DNA from: an uncultured Nitrososphaeraceae archaeon | GTDB lineage: Archaea > Thermoproteota > Nitrososphaeria > Nitrososphaerales > Nitrososphaeraceae | Assembly (NCBI GenBank): GCA_963837175.1 | Contig: CAWIMJ010000009.1 | Location: 1-64,000 of the forward strand | DNA length: 64,000 nucleotides | Direction of reading: 5' to 3' | In this document: one piece after another, positions 1-11,201 of the stretch | Layout: each line of letters opens with the position of its first letter | Numbering within the stretch: position 1 is the stretch's first letter | The notes under the pieces: model-generated | What the model was told of the DNA's origin: nothing | The model's database searches: none | What the model saw: only the letters and a program-made list of their open reading frames with translations | Position numbers and translations under genes: made by a program

Positions 1-76
1 CGCTGGCCCGCTCGCTGGCGAATGAGCCGGGCCCGATCGGCAGCTCAACCGTGGCGTGATACAAACGGCTGACGGT

Positions 77-1494
77 ATGCGTCGGCTCTTGCTGCTTGTC
101 GTGCTGACCTGGCCGGTGCCGGCCGCCGCGTGGAACTTCCGCGAACACACCAGATGGGTGAGGAGTCCTACGCGGCCGCGTGCGCGCAGGTCGCGCAGGA
201 ACAGAAGTTCGACGGGTCGAAAGAGGTGTGCGAGGCGGCGACCGATCCCGTGCGCGTGCGCTGGTGCCTGGCGTGCCGGGTCTACAGCCCGGCGCTGTAC
301 GGGCAATCGGTCGCGATCGCGGGCGACAAGGTCGGAACACCCGAGGCGCTGATGTCGATCGCCGGGCAGCGCTCGGCGACCAGCCTCGCGGACTATGCGT
401 TCCTGGCGCTGGTCAACACGGCGCACTTCCACCCCAACTCCCCGCGCAACTGGCGCACCTACCACAATCGCGCGCTGGTCGCGGCGGCATCGAAACACGA
501 CGGCGGAATGATGGCGGAGAACTTCGAGAAGGCGTTCTACACGTCCGCGTTCGCCGATCATTTCCTGCAGGACGCGTTCGCCGCCGGGCACGCCGGGTTC
601 AGCCGCGCGTCGTCCAGCGCGGGAGCGTCCAAGGCGTTCCACGACATCTGGAACAACGCCGGCCGGCTGGTGAAGGCGCCGACCGGCAGCTGCTGGCTGC
701 AGTTCGGCGACAACAAGTGGGCGCAAACGGCGGCGGTCGGCCGCGCGCACCTGCAGACCGCCGCGCAATCATCGGTCTACGACGTGCTGACGACGTTCGT
801 GACCGAGCGGCGGGACGGCACGCGCGAGGTGAAGCCCACCTACTTCATGCCCATCGCCACCACGACGGACACGCTGCCGCGGGGGATGCTGGCGACCGAG
901 GGCGCCGGCGACGTCGAAGACACGTCGAAGCCGACCGAGCAGATCACCCAGCTGTCCGTCGTCCAGCAGGCGAAGCAGCAGGCCTGTGAACGGGAGACGG
1001 TGCCGATTGCCGGCATGAGCAACGCCGCCGAGCTGTCCGCCGGCTTCAACTACTGGGGCCGGTTCACGATCGACAGCACCACCCAGTATCTGGCGGCCGA
1101 CGTGACGTTCAACCACCTGCTGAAGGTCCCGCTGGCGTTCGACCTCGGCGTCAGCCCGCTGGGCGCGGTCCAGCGAGATGACAACGTGCGCTTCGCCGCG
1201 GGCGGGTTCGTCGGCCTGCTGACGCCGCCGCTGTATCTGATCCACGGCCTGTGGCGCAACGAGCTCGGCGCGCAGGCGATGGCGTACGTCATCGCGCAGG
1301 ATCCGGTGACCTACGGCGTCTACGCGAGCGCCTTCCTGCGCACCAGCCTGGAGGTGTCGGACACCATCGTCCGGCTGCAGGCGGGACCGACGTACGACCC
1401 GCGCAACCAGGTGTGGGGCGCGACGGTCGCCGCCGGCTTCGAGCTGCCCGGCCTGCGCTGGGTGCGCGGCGGCGGCTCGATCGGCACGCGCTAG
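77..1494 (+). CDS. Secreted Zn-dependent phospholipase C / P1 nuclease-fold protein with C-terminal beta-barrel-like domain; 1-bp frameshift near 148
   Basis: Signal peptide MRRLLLLVVLTWPVPAAA-WNFREH lies in one frame and QMGEESYAAAC continues in the 130..1494 frame. Motifs NTAHF, ADHFLQDAFAAGH and FHDIWN match the downstream paralog. Confidence 0.65.
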
Positions 1495-1613
1495 CCGCAC
1501 TTCCGCGCGAAGCGCGGAGGGCGGCTATCCGAAACAACAATCGTCGTAAGGCGCTGCCGCAATCGGCGGCCCGGGGCGCCACATCCGCCCACGCGGCACA
1601 ACTCTTGAGAGCT

Positions 1614-2963
1614 GTGTCGGCGCTGCGCATCGGGCCATGCGTCGTCGCTGCCGTGGCGATGCTGATGCCGGCGACAGCGGCGGGCTGGGGGACGCTGGAG
1701 CACCAGCAGATCGGAAGCGTGGCGTACACGCAGGCGTGCGCGGAGCTCACGGCGGCGGCGGCGGCGATGAAGTCACCCGCGCCGGGGATCGCTACGCGCC
1801 TGGAGATCGCGTGTGGCCGCAACGGCGCGACGACGGCCGACATCTACGGCGACGCGACGGCGATCGCGGGCGACTTCCTCGGCGATCCGTCCGAGTTCAT
1901 GTCGCAGGCGGGCGCATGGCGGTTCAAGAGCAAGCGGAGCTATTACCTGCTGGCGCTGGAGAACAGCGCCCACTTCAACCCGATGTCGACGCAGTCGTGG
2001 GCCGAGTACCACAGCAAGGCGATCGACGAGGCGCTGGCCGGCGCGCGCGCGACCGGCGGGCTGGAGATGGTTCGTCAGTTTCAGCTCGCGCTTCAGGAGA
2101 GCGCGTTTGCCGATCACTTCCTGCAGGACTCGTTCGCCGCCGGGCACATGGGATTCAACCGGACCGCGTCCAGCGCCGCCGCGTCCAAATCGTTTCACGA
2201 CGCGTGGAACGACCGCGGGCGGGTGGTTAGCGACCGCAACGGCGACCGCTGGGTGACGTTCGGCGACGGATGGCTCAAGCGCCCCGAAAACGAAGGTGGG
2301 CACCGCCACGTACAGAACGCCGCGACCATGTCGGTGCGCAACGTGCTGCGCGCGTTCGTGTTCGGCGAGCGCGCCCCCGAGGAGGAGCTGGCGTTGTGGC
2401 GCGCCCTGCCGTTCACCATCCAGGCGCCGGAGATGCACGTCGGCGTCGTCGAGCTGTTCCAGCGCAAGGACGAGCTCGATGAACGCCAGCTGGTCCCGCT
2501 GCTCAAGACGATCCGGCCGGTGCGCAAGGACACCGTGTTCACCGCGCGCGTCTGGTCGGCGGCGCCGTTTTCGGAGACCGACGACGACCTGACCGCGGTG
2601 GTCGGCGGCTTCGAGCTCGCGGTGCCGCGCATGCCGGCGCAGACCTACCTGGGCGCGGGGGGGACGGTGCGCGAGCCGGGGGGCTCGCACTCGCTGGTGG
2701 TGGATACGGGATTGCTGTTCCCGCTCGGCCTCAGCTTCAGCGGCCTCATCAGCCACCAGCTCAACACGACGGTCTCCTGGTTGTTCCTGAACGGCGTGGC
2801 GACGGTGATTCACGCCGAGTACCAGATGAACATCGAGCTCGGTGACGTGCTCATCAGCCTTCACGGCGGCCTGGCCGAGTTCGTGCCCGACCCGCGCACC
2901 GGTTGGTACACCGCGTTCGGCATCGGCTACACGTTCAGCGCCGCCGGCGGCGGAACGCTGTAA
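1614..2963 (+). CDS. Secreted Zn-dependent phospholipase C-like protein, paralog of the upstream gene
   Basis: Signal peptide ends in ATAAG-WGTLEH. Motifs NSAHF, ADHFLQDSFAAGH and FHDAWN, then alternating beta-strand C-terminus (GWYTAFGIGYTF). Start uncertain (GTG 1614 or ATG about 1659). Confidence 0.7.
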   Translation: MSALRIGPCVVAAVAMLMPATAAGWGTLEHQQIGSVAYTQACAELTAAAAAMKSPAPGIATRLEIACGRNGATTADIYGDATAIAGDFLGDPSEFMSQAGAWRFKSKRSYYLLALENSAHFNPMSTQSWAEYHSKAIDEALAGARATGGLEMVRQFQLALQESAFADHFLQDSFAAGHMGFNRTASSAAASKSFHDAWNDRGRVVSDRNGDRWVTFGDGWLKRPENEGGHRHVQNAATMSVRNVLRAFVFGERAPEEELALWRALPFTIQAPEMHVGVVELFQRKDELDERQLVPLLKTIRPVRKDTVFTARVWSAAPFSETDDDLTAVVGGFELAVPRMPAQTYLGAGGTVREPGGSHSLVVDTGLLFPLGLSFSGLISHQLNTTVSWLFLNGVATVIHAEYQMNIELGDVLISLHGGLAEFVPDPRTGWYTAFGIGYTFSAAGGGTL

Positions 2964-3132
2964 GGACATCAGCAGCTGTCTCCCCGCCTTCGCCGGGAGA
3001 GGTGCAGATTCACCAGCGCAGCGTTCAATTTTGCGGGCCCGAGATCCGTCAGAGACGGTAGGCGGCTGCTCGACGCGATTTAGCTCAAGCACGTCGGGGG
3101 GCCGCCGATGACCGGACACCTAGGAGGAACGC

Positions 3133-4113
3133 ATGCGTACGCGCGACGGGTTTGTGACGCTGGCTGCGATCGTGGGCACGCTGGCCGTCGCGCCCGACGC
3201 GGGCGCCCAGGACAGCGCGCGTGGCGGCTGGCGCGGGCGCACCGCCGTGGGCGCGCCGGTTCCGCCGCCGCCGCTCCCGACGGGGACGGGGCGCCTGCGC
3301 AACGCCGCGCGCAACATGTGCCTGGACGTCGCCGGCTGGGCGGCGCAGGGGAACCGCGACGTGCTGCTGTGGGACTGCAACGACGACCCCGACCAGGTCT
3401 GGTCGTTCGCGCCCGGCGGCGAGCTGCGCGACGCGCTGACCGGCGAGTGCCTGGACGTCGCCGGCTACGACGGCGGCAAGGGCGCGGACGTCGGCACCTA
3501 CCGCTGCGAGGCGATGGACGACCAGCGCTGGTTCCTGGCGAACCGCCCCAACGGCCGGTTCGAGCTTCGCAGCGTCAAGCGCGGGCTGTGCCTGGATGTC
3601 AGCGGCCGCGCCGGCAAGCGCGGCGACAACGTCCTGTTGTGGGCGTGCGACGGCGGCGCGGATCAGGCCTGGACGTGGGAGCCCTATGCGACGCCCCAGC
3701 AGCGCCAGCGCCCGGTGCGCCACATGCGCGAGCCGCAGCCCAGCCCCGAGCTCACCATGCCCCCGCCGCCGCCCCCGCTGCCCGGCCCGCCACCGCGCGA
3801 TAACGCGCGCCGGCAGGCCCGCGCGATGGACGACGACGACTTCCGCCGGCTGGTCGTCGCGGTCAGGAACGAAGGCTTCGCTGACAACAAGCTCGCGGTC
3901 ATCGAGTCCGCTTCGGCCCGCAACTACTTCCGCGTCGGCCAGCTCAAAACGCTGCTCGGCGAGCTCACGTACTCGGCGACGAAGCTCCACGCCGTGTATC
4001 TGATCGGGCCGCGCCTGGTCGATCTCGAAAATACGTTCGCGGTCTACGACTCGTTCAGCCACACCGCGGACAAGGAACAGGCCGAGCTGATCCTGCGCCG
4101 CAGCACCTACTAG
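3133..4113 (+). CDS. Secreted ricin-B (beta-trefoil) lectin protein with Pro-rich linker and DUF4476-like C-terminal domain
   Basis: AGGAGG RBS, signal peptide, three CLDVxG...QxW repeats, PPPPPP linker, C-terminal F..DNKL...KL..v.l...D.EN segment. Confidence 0.8.
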   Translation: MRTRDGFVTLAAIVGTLAVAPDAGAQDSARGGWRGRTAVGAPVPPPPLPTGTGRLRNAARNMCLDVAGWAAQGNRDVLLWDCNDDPDQVWSFAPGGELRDALTGECLDVAGYDGGKGADVGTYRCEAMDDQRWFLANRPNGRFELRSVKRGLCLDVSGRAGKRGDNVLLWACDGGADQAWTWEPYATPQQRQRPVRHMREPQPSPELTMPPPPPPLPGPPPRDNARRQARAMDDDDFRRLVVAVRNEGFADNKLAVIESASARNYFRVGQLKTLLGELTYSATKLHAVYLIGPRLVDLENTFAVYDSFSHTADKEQAELILRRSTY

Positions 4114-5496
4114 CCGGGCGGGTTCTCGCCCGGGCGGGCGTTCGTCGGCGAGCTGGCCCAGCGTCGGGCCGCCGCCGTTGAGCGCGGCGCCGCCGCGCGC
4201 GGACAGCGCGGCGCGCGCCCCCGGCGGGAAGCCGTCGGCGGCCTCGCGGCGCACGTCCTCCAGCGCGGGATCGCGCTCGACGGCGTCGATGACCGCCGCG
4301 AACGCCGTCTGGTCGGGATCGGGCCGCAGCGAAAAGCCGCCGCCGCCCCGCTGCTCCACCAGCAGGCCGCGATCCACCAGCCGCACGCAGAGATCGCGCA
4401 CCAGCTGCGGCGGCAGGCGCAGCTCGCGCGCCAGATCGTCGTCGGACAGCGGCGCGTGCGCGCCATCGCCTGACCGCGCCACCCGCGCCGCGCGCAGCAC
4501 GATCGCCGCGCTCGCCTGGCGCTCGCCGTCGAGGTCGAGATGAAACGCGCGCGCGCCGTGCACCAGCACCACGTCGATGTGGTGGGCCACCGCGATCTCG
4601 GCGCAGATCAGCAGCGTGTACCAGGACGAGAACACCCACAGCAGGAAGACGGGGAAGGCGGCGAACCCGCCCCCGACCACGCCCGCCTTCGACACGCCGA
4701 TCTGAAGGTTGGCGTACGCCCAGAACACGACGGGCAACGCCAGCGCCGCCAGCGCGCCCCCGACGGCGGCCGACCCGAACGGGATGCGGGCGCGCACGGC
4801 CGACCAGTAGAAGATGGTGACCGCCAGCCAGAGCAGGCCCAGCACCATGACCACGCCCAGCGCGATCTCGAACCCCGGGATCGCGCCCAGCGTCTGGTAG
4901 ATGCGGTTGCCGATCGGCTGCCGTACGGCCGTGACCAGCACGCCCGACACCGCGAGCGCCGCCGGCGCCATCAGCAGCAGCGCGACGTAGCCGATCGCGC
5001 GCGAGAAGCGCGGCGTCTGCTGCCCCGATCCCGCGATGGTGTGCAGCGCCCGCTCCGTGAAGCTGAACATCTTGGTCGCGACGTAGAGCAAGGTGACCAG
5101 GCCGACGATGCCCGTGGCCTGGCTCGCGTGCTGCACGGCACCGAGCATCTCGCGCAGCGCCGCGTGCAGCACCTGGTTGCCGGTGATGATCTGCGGGTTG
5201 TCCGGCAGCTCGGCGTTGATCACGGGCAGGTGGTCGAGCAGCTTGAGCGCCCACAACACCACCACCAGCATCGGGATGATGGAGAACACGGTGAAGAACG
5301 TCAGCGCCGCCGCCAGCAGCGCCAGCCGGTGCATGACGATGCCGCGGACAACCAGGATCGCGATGCGGAACACGCGTACCGCCAGCGCCCGCGGGCCGCG
5401 CAGGGCGGCGCGATCGCGCGCCCACACCGAACGCGCGGCCGCCGACACCGCGCGATGCACCGGCGCGACGCCCGGGATCCGCTTCAACCAGGACAT
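4110..5496 (-). CDS. YihY/virulence factor BrkB family membrane protein with C-terminal Rrf2-like winged helix
   Basis: AAALTFFTVFSIIP, multiple TMs, FPVFLLWVFSSWYTLLICAEIA, then DDLARELRLPPQLVRDLCVRLVDRGLL. The true end is probably the TAG at 4110 via a frameshift. Confidence 0.8.
4114..4133. terminator. GC hairpin between convergent genes
   Basis: CCGGGCG-ggttct-CGCCCGG directly after the TAG at 4113; no U-tract. Confidence 0.35.
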
Positions 5497-5610
5497 GTCA
5501 CGGACCGCGTCGAAGCTGCGGCCTGACTTTGAGCCGTAACCGCCCCGTAGCCCGAATCAGACAATTCCTTGCTGGTCCGGGTGCGGGTACGACCCCATGG
5601 TGTCGCGACC

Positions 5611-6021
5611 ATGTACGATCAAATGTTCGACGCGTATCGCAAGGCATCGGAGTCCTGGCTGCAGGCACAACAGGACATGTTCAAACAGGGAGGGCAGTCG
5701 TGGATGTCGTCGCCGTCAAACGCGGCCGGCGGCGGCCCGGACTGGAATCGAGCCCTCCAGAAGCGCTATCTCGAGCTGGCAGTCGAGATCCTGAACCGCC
5801 AGCGCGAATCGCTCGACACGATCTACCGGTCGGCGATCCATTTGATGGAGCAGACCTCCAAGATCTCCGAAGCGAAGTCGCCGGAGGAATTTCGCGGCCT
5901 GGTCGAAAACGCGTGGCGCGAGTGGTTCGAGAGCATCAAGAGCCAGTCCGAGAGCCAGTTCCGCGACGCGCAGACCTGGGCGGGGAAGTCGCTGGAGCTG
6001 GTCAAGGGCGCGCAGGCCTAG
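5611..6021 (+). CDS. Phasin/PhaE-like amphipathic helical protein
   Basis: MYDQMFDAYRKASESWLQAQQDMFKQ; Q/E/W-rich helical protein directly upstream of a patatin. Confidence 0.5.
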   Translation: MYDQMFDAYRKASESWLQAQQDMFKQGGQSWMSSPSNAAGGGPDWNRALQKRYLELAVEILNRQRESLDTIYRSAIHLMEQTSKISEAKSPEEFRGLVENAWREWFESIKSQSESQFRDAQTWAGKSLELVKGAQA

Positions 6022-6030
6022 GGGCGGACC

Positions 6031-7034
6031 ATGAGCAACGGCGAACGGAGCCGGGTCGCGATCGCGTGCCAGGGCGGCGGCAGCCACACGGCGTTCACGG
6101 CCGGCGTCCTCCAGGGGCTGATGGCGAGCCTGCCGGACGACGTCGACATCATCGCGCTGACGGGAACATCGGGGGGCGCGATCTGCGCGTCGCTCGCCTG
6201 GGAAGGGTTCGTCCGCAACGACGCGACGCTGGCGATCAAGAAGCTCGGGAAGTTCTGGGAGTCGATGTCGGCGCGCGAGCCGCTGGATCAGATCGTCAAT
6301 CAGGCGATGCTGAGCTCCCTCAGCTTGCGCGACCTCATGATCATGCCGAGGTGAGCCCCTACAACCTCCCGACCTGGGGCGAGGACCACTTCCGCAGCAT
6401 GCTGAACGCGTTCTTCGACTTCGAAGAGCTGAGGCAGCTCGCGCGCAAACCGGGCGCGCCGCTGCTGCACATCGGCGCGGTCGAGGTCCTGAGCGGACAC
6501 TTCGAGCTGTTCACGGGAGAAGAGCTGTGCGCCGAATGCCTGCTCGCCTCGGCGGCGATCCCGGAGATGTTTCGGGCGGTCACCGTGCCCGGGCGTGGCG
6601 TGTACTGGGACGGGCTGTTCTCGCAGAACCCCCCAATTCACGACCTTTACGATCTCCGCATCGACGAGCTGTGGCTGATCCAGATCAACTCGAGCACCTG
6701 CGCGCGCGTGCCGACCGAGACGCACGAGATCCTCGACCGGCGCAACGCGCTGTCCGGCAACCTGTCGATGGAGCAGGAGCTCGCGTTCATCGACACCCTC
6801 AACCGGGCCATCAACAATGGCCGGCTCAAGGACCCGAACTTCCGCCCCATCCAGGTCTCGCGCATCTCGCTGGATCGCGAGCTCGACAGCCGGTCGAAGA
6901 TGGATCGTCGGCCCGCGTTCATCGAGGAGCTACGCGAGTACGGCAAGACCAAGTGCCGCTGGTTCCTCAAGGAGCGCGGGGCGAAGCCCCCCTTCGTGGC
7001 GCAGTCACAACAACAGCCAACAACCGCCGTTTGA
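6031..7034 (+). CDS. Patatin-like phospholipase/esterase; 1-bp frameshift near 6345
   Basis: QGGGSHTAF and GTSGG (nucleophile) in the 6031 frame; ASAAIP and WDGLF in the second frame; junction reads MP/EVSPY. Confidence 0.85.
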
Positions 7035-7052
7035 GTGAGGGGGGGATCCGTC

Positions 7053-7170
7053 ATGGGGATTCGAATCACTGGCATCGGTGCGTACGTTCCCAGTAAAACG
7101 CTGACCAACCTGGAGTTATCCCGCCAGGTCGACACCTCCGACTACTGGATAACCAGCAAGACCGGCATCC
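7053..7170 (+). CDS. fabH: 3-oxoacyl-ACP synthase III N-terminus, truncated at the sequence junction
   Basis: [39 protein letters not shown] is a typical FabH N-terminus. Confidence 0.85.
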
Positions 7171-7171
7171 T
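7170..7171. other. Junction between GC-rich bacterial and AT-rich archaeal sequence (contig boundary or chimera)
   Basis: Abrupt composition switch in the middle of the fabH reading frame. Confidence 0.9.
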
Positions 7172-7680
7172 TATCTAAAACATAATCTTAAGTACGTTCT
7201 CTTACTTCTCCCAGTTTTCATCATTAATCCCTCTTGTTTTTTTCTTTAGAACTTCATTCCAATCAATACGACTGTTATAAGAACTTCTTCAAACATTCAA
7301 TAATGTAATATGTGATATTAAATTTAATAGTTGGTGGCCTTTTTATCTTTGACCGTGGTATTTGTGTCGGATTGTCTTAGAGGATTGTGTATTATATATA
7401 ATATTAATAATAATGATGTTTCCCTGAAATATATATAAGCTAGTGCTAATATCATATCGAGCAATATATGGAAATACCTCTTGGGCAACCATGTCTTTAT
7501 CATCATCTTTGGAATACTCCTTCTATCATAGTCTCCATTAGTGGGTTTCTACAATCAGAATTTTTGTCCGACTTTCTAAAGTTTGAATTGTACTTTGTTA
7601 ATACAATAGACGGTGTGTTTTCAGATTCTAATAACTCTGGTCTTCTCACCTGACTAAGTCAGTATTCATAACCTTGCCAA

Positions 7681-8118
7681 ATGACGTGCAAATTACTTGA
7701 TATAGTCAGAAGACTTGAAGTTAAATACTGGTTGCTTCTATCATTCTCTATGCTCCCAACTACAAGAAGCAAGATTGTCACCAAAAGCACTATAAAAGAC
7801 AGCGATGTTTATAAACTGCTGATAAAGATACCTGCAGGAAAGATTTCCACTTATGGAGATCTTGCTAAAGCACTTGGAAAACCTTCAGCCTCAAGGGCAA
7901 TAGGAAGAATACTTGGTAAGAATCCAAACCCAATTGTTGTGCCATGTCACAGAGTAGTGATGTCGGATGGCAAACTGGGTGGGTACGCCTATGGCAGTGC
8001 CAGAAAGAGAGAGTTACTTGAAAAAGAAGGAATATCCTTTACTGATGAAATTATTAGCGATTTTAAACAAGTCAGAGTTTATCCTCAAATCAGTAAGACT
8101 GTGGTTAGGAAATCTTGA
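7681..8118 (+). CDS. ogt: O6-methylguanine-DNA methyltransferase (MGMT DNA-binding/catalytic domain)
   Basis: IPAGKISTYGDLA, RAIGR, NPNPIVVPCHRVV, LGGY, LLEKEG; true start probably near 7750. Confidence 0.9.
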   Translation: MTCKLLDIVRRLEVKYWLLLSFSMLPTTRSKIVTKSTIKDSDVYKLLIKIPAGKISTYGDLAKALGKPSASRAIGRILGKNPNPIVVPCHRVVMSDGKLGGYAYGSARKRELLEKEGISFTDEIISDFKQVRVYPQISKTVVRKS

Positions 8119-8576
8119 GTATTAATCGAGTTTATGATACTCAATTATCCATTTTTTGATTCGTGCTTTGATAAATTCAATGTATAACAAGCTTCGGTAA
8201 AAGAAAGAAAGGCAAGTATTATCGAGCGTTCAGTGTGTGATTTTAGTAATTGACTGTCACTAAACCCCATGTTTGTTATTCATTATGCTATCTATGCGGC
8301 GAATTGCATCGTAAATCCTACTTCCATCTGTCCTGACATTGATCAGACCACGTAATCTGTACTTAAAAATACCCACATTTCTCAAGTATGAATTTGTTAT
8401 GTGCTTCCACTCCCTTCTTCTTTAGGAGAAATCAACTGTTCAATATTCTTAATTTTTCTCTCTTCTGTAGCATAGTTGACATTAAACTAAATACTACAAA
8501 CTTTGCAAACTCAATTTTTAAATAAGCTTGGGCAGAAAAGCTTCAAACACAAATAAGTATTATAGCTATGATGCTA

Positions 8577-9476
8577 CTACCATTCATGATGTATGCGTTT
8601 AGCAATCAATGAAGATAACAATTTATCAGGAATGAAAGGTTTTAATTTAACTGCTATTTTTTCTTTGGTAGACCCGATGATATACTTTTGTTTTGGATTT
8701 GGAGATGATATAGAATGACAGATAACATCTGCAACTACATTTGATTTTAAGCCAGCGTAATTCCTTTTAGTAGAAAAATATTTATTGTAAGCTGCAATAA
8801 ACCTGGAATATTCATTGTTGTTGTTAATAAGATAATCTATCCTTTTTCTCAGAACATCGTAAATACCTGTTTCAATCACTCCTGGATTTATGGTTATGAT
8901 TTTGATGTTTTTATTCCAAAGCTCTATTCTAAGAGCATCAGATACCGCTTCCAATGCATACTTTGTTGCAGAGTAGGTTCCGATCAATGGAAGTGATATT
9001 AATCCAGCAAGCGAGCTTACATTTACAATTCTTCCTCCTAGTCCTTCATTCCGTCGTATCATTATTAATGGTAATACTTTTTTTGTAAATCCTACAAGAC
9101 CAAAGAAATTTGTTTCAAACTGGTCTCGTAGTTTATTCATACTTATATCTTCTATAGCACCTGGTTCCACGTAGCCGGCATTATTTACAAGACCATAGAT
9201 TATATTTTCATCATCTGTTGATGAGATTATGATGTCTAGGACATCATTAAATGTTTCAGGTTTAGTAATATCAAATTCTATTGGAATATAAAGATCTTTT
9301 TTAATCTCTTTAGATATTGATTCAGAGGAAAAAAGAGTAACAAGCTTGTCATATCTTCGCGCTAATCCAAAGACCTGATAGCCTGACTCTATTAATTTTA
9401 TAACAGTAGCTTTACCAATACCACTTGAAGCTCCAGTTACAATAATTGATTTTCTCAACAATTTATTTATTTTCAA
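8577..9476 (-). CDS. Short-chain dehydrogenase/reductase
   Basis: TGASSGIG, NNAG, YSATK, INPG. Confidence 0.9.
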   Translation of the reverse strand: MKINKLLRKSIIVTGASSGIGKATVIKLIESGYQVFGLARRYDKLVTLFSSESISKEIKKDLYIPIEFDITKPETFNDVLDIIISSTDDENIIYGLVNNAGYVEPGAIEDISMNKLRDQFETNFFGLVGFTKKVLPLIMIRRNEGLGGRIVNVSSLAGLISLPLIGTYSATKYALEAVSDALRIELWNKNIKIITINPGVIETGIYDVLRKRIDYLINNNNEYSRFIAAYNKYFSTKRNYAGLKSNVVADVICHSISSPNPKQKYIIGSTKEKIAVKLKPFIPDKLLSSLIAKRIHHEW

Positions 9477-10241
9477 GACTACTCAGAGATTATTATATCT
9501 CCCTCTGTGCTATTATTTCTTGATTATATCGATATCAAAATAAGATATTTAGCTCTAATAAATATGTCAGCAATACAAATAGCAATAAGCTAAGGAAGAT
9601 CTATTGAACAGAATTGAGACCTAATTAGGATATTATTAACAAGATGGATAGCAAGAATTAGGAAAACATTGTGGAAGCATTGATAGATAATGCTATAGAG
9701 GCTGCTGCCGCCGGTGCTTCCAATGCGACATTGTCATTGCCATCATCGGTATTCTTAGGTCAATATAATCAAATAGATATCTACAGAATAGAAGATTCAT
9801 GTTTCATGTGTTATCATAATAAAAGGGGATATTGCTGATTGATTTATAACACAACGAAGGTATTTTTTTTCTACAATATCCATCACTTGGTATTGCGGTA
9901 GCCATATTGATGCAAAATTGTTCCATTTACTTTTAATCAATTAAGCTTTCATTGGTAATTATGCATATATGTCTGCTACGAACCAGATGTCATAAAAGAT
10001 GATGTAAATGTTCATTGATTTTTAGATGATCTAGTTGATATATTGTCATATAATTTATAATTTGTAACATCACAGGAGCAGTGGACAAATTAGATTACGT
10101 GTAAACTGTATATGTTGACAAATATTGAATACTGTGTGAGAATGTAAAAGAAACTATTATTTTATATCTTCTATGTAAAATTTCTTTTTCTTTAGTTATA
10201 TGAAAAAAAATATTGGTTATGACAGCAACAAGTGCCGATAT

Positions 10242-10461
10242 TTATGTAACTCCAAATTCTACTGTGGCTTCATTAGTACAGGTAGCATCGCCACTACATC
10301 TGTTCTTTTGCTCTTGTTTGAAACTGAAGTCTGTATTGTCCCCGTCTCCATCTTCATCTAAGGTTGCACTAGCTTGTTTGTACTGATATTATACTTAATC
10401 CTGCTGACAGTATTGCCACTGCTCCTATGATTCCAATCATTAGTAAAGTTGTGTTCTTCAT
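10242..10461 (-). pseudogene. Small secreted Cys-pair peptide, paralog of 14058..14297; 1-bp frameshift
   Basis: MKNTTLLMIGIIGAVAILSAGLSIISVQ / QASATLDEDGDGDNTDFSFKQEQKNRCSGDATCTNEATVEFGVT*; not in the ORF track. Confidence 0.7.
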
Positions 10462-10665
10462 TTAACTTCTTATGTGAGTGTTATTACTAATGGTATATTT
10501 ATTTTCAAAAAATTAATTCTGAAATTATTTAATAGATATATCATAGATATGAAAGTATAGAAAATTTTCAAACTACTTTATGACATAATATAAATCAAAA
10601 AAGTTAATAAGATATATTAATCGCGATATTTACAATTTTTAAAATATTCCAGCAATAATGAAATT

Positions 10666-10931
10666 GAGCACTACTCCCGTTATGCGGATTATTTCAGTGA
10701 ATATTAGAAAAACTATTAGATAGTAAAAAAAATTCTAAATGTGTATCACATCTATACTAAAATATGGTGGTCAATAACACTTGACGCCAATTTAAAAAAA
10801 GGGAAATTAGGATATGAGACACTGCACGCAGATAATTAGCAGCTGATCAAACAAAATAACATCTACAAAATTCGATATTAGTTTATCGAATAGTAATGAA
10901 ATTCTGGGTATAACAATTGAGGCAAATCTAT
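10666..10931. repeat. Conserved ~265 bp block, copy 1 (copy 2 at 14500..14758)
   Basis: Near-identical GAGCACTACTC...CTAAAATATGGTGGTCAATAACACTTGACGCCAATT...GAGGCAAATCTAT. Confidence 0.9.
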
Positions 10932-11201
10932 GTCTTATATTCCACCTAACCCGTGAATTAATTTTTTACAACTACTACTGTGAACTATTCTTCTTGATAT
11001 AATCATACATTATCATTATCAATCATCATCTACATTTCAAAATCTATCTACTCAAAATTTACCTACAGAATAAAAAAGCGAGATGATGATGATCAAAATA
11101 AACATAAAGAACAAGAACAATAAAAAAAATCTGGAGAAATAATTTGACAAGATTATAACATACCTTAATATTTTTCTTTCATCATTAACTAGAATCTTTT
11201 G

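Noticed and set aside
3085-5496. 803-aa YihY ORF fully overlapping the lectin gene in antisense
   Set aside because: The extension is antisense shadow of a GC-rich gene; an alternative-frame TAG at 4110 suggests a frameshift.
6340-6355. Programmed frameshifts in patatins and other genes
   Set aside because: No slippery motifs; single-base indels are widespread in both halves, consistent with sequencing error or decay.
180-7135. Many long Arg/Ala/Pro-rich overlapping ORFs
   Set aside because: Typical off-frame ORFs in high-GC DNA, with no motifs.
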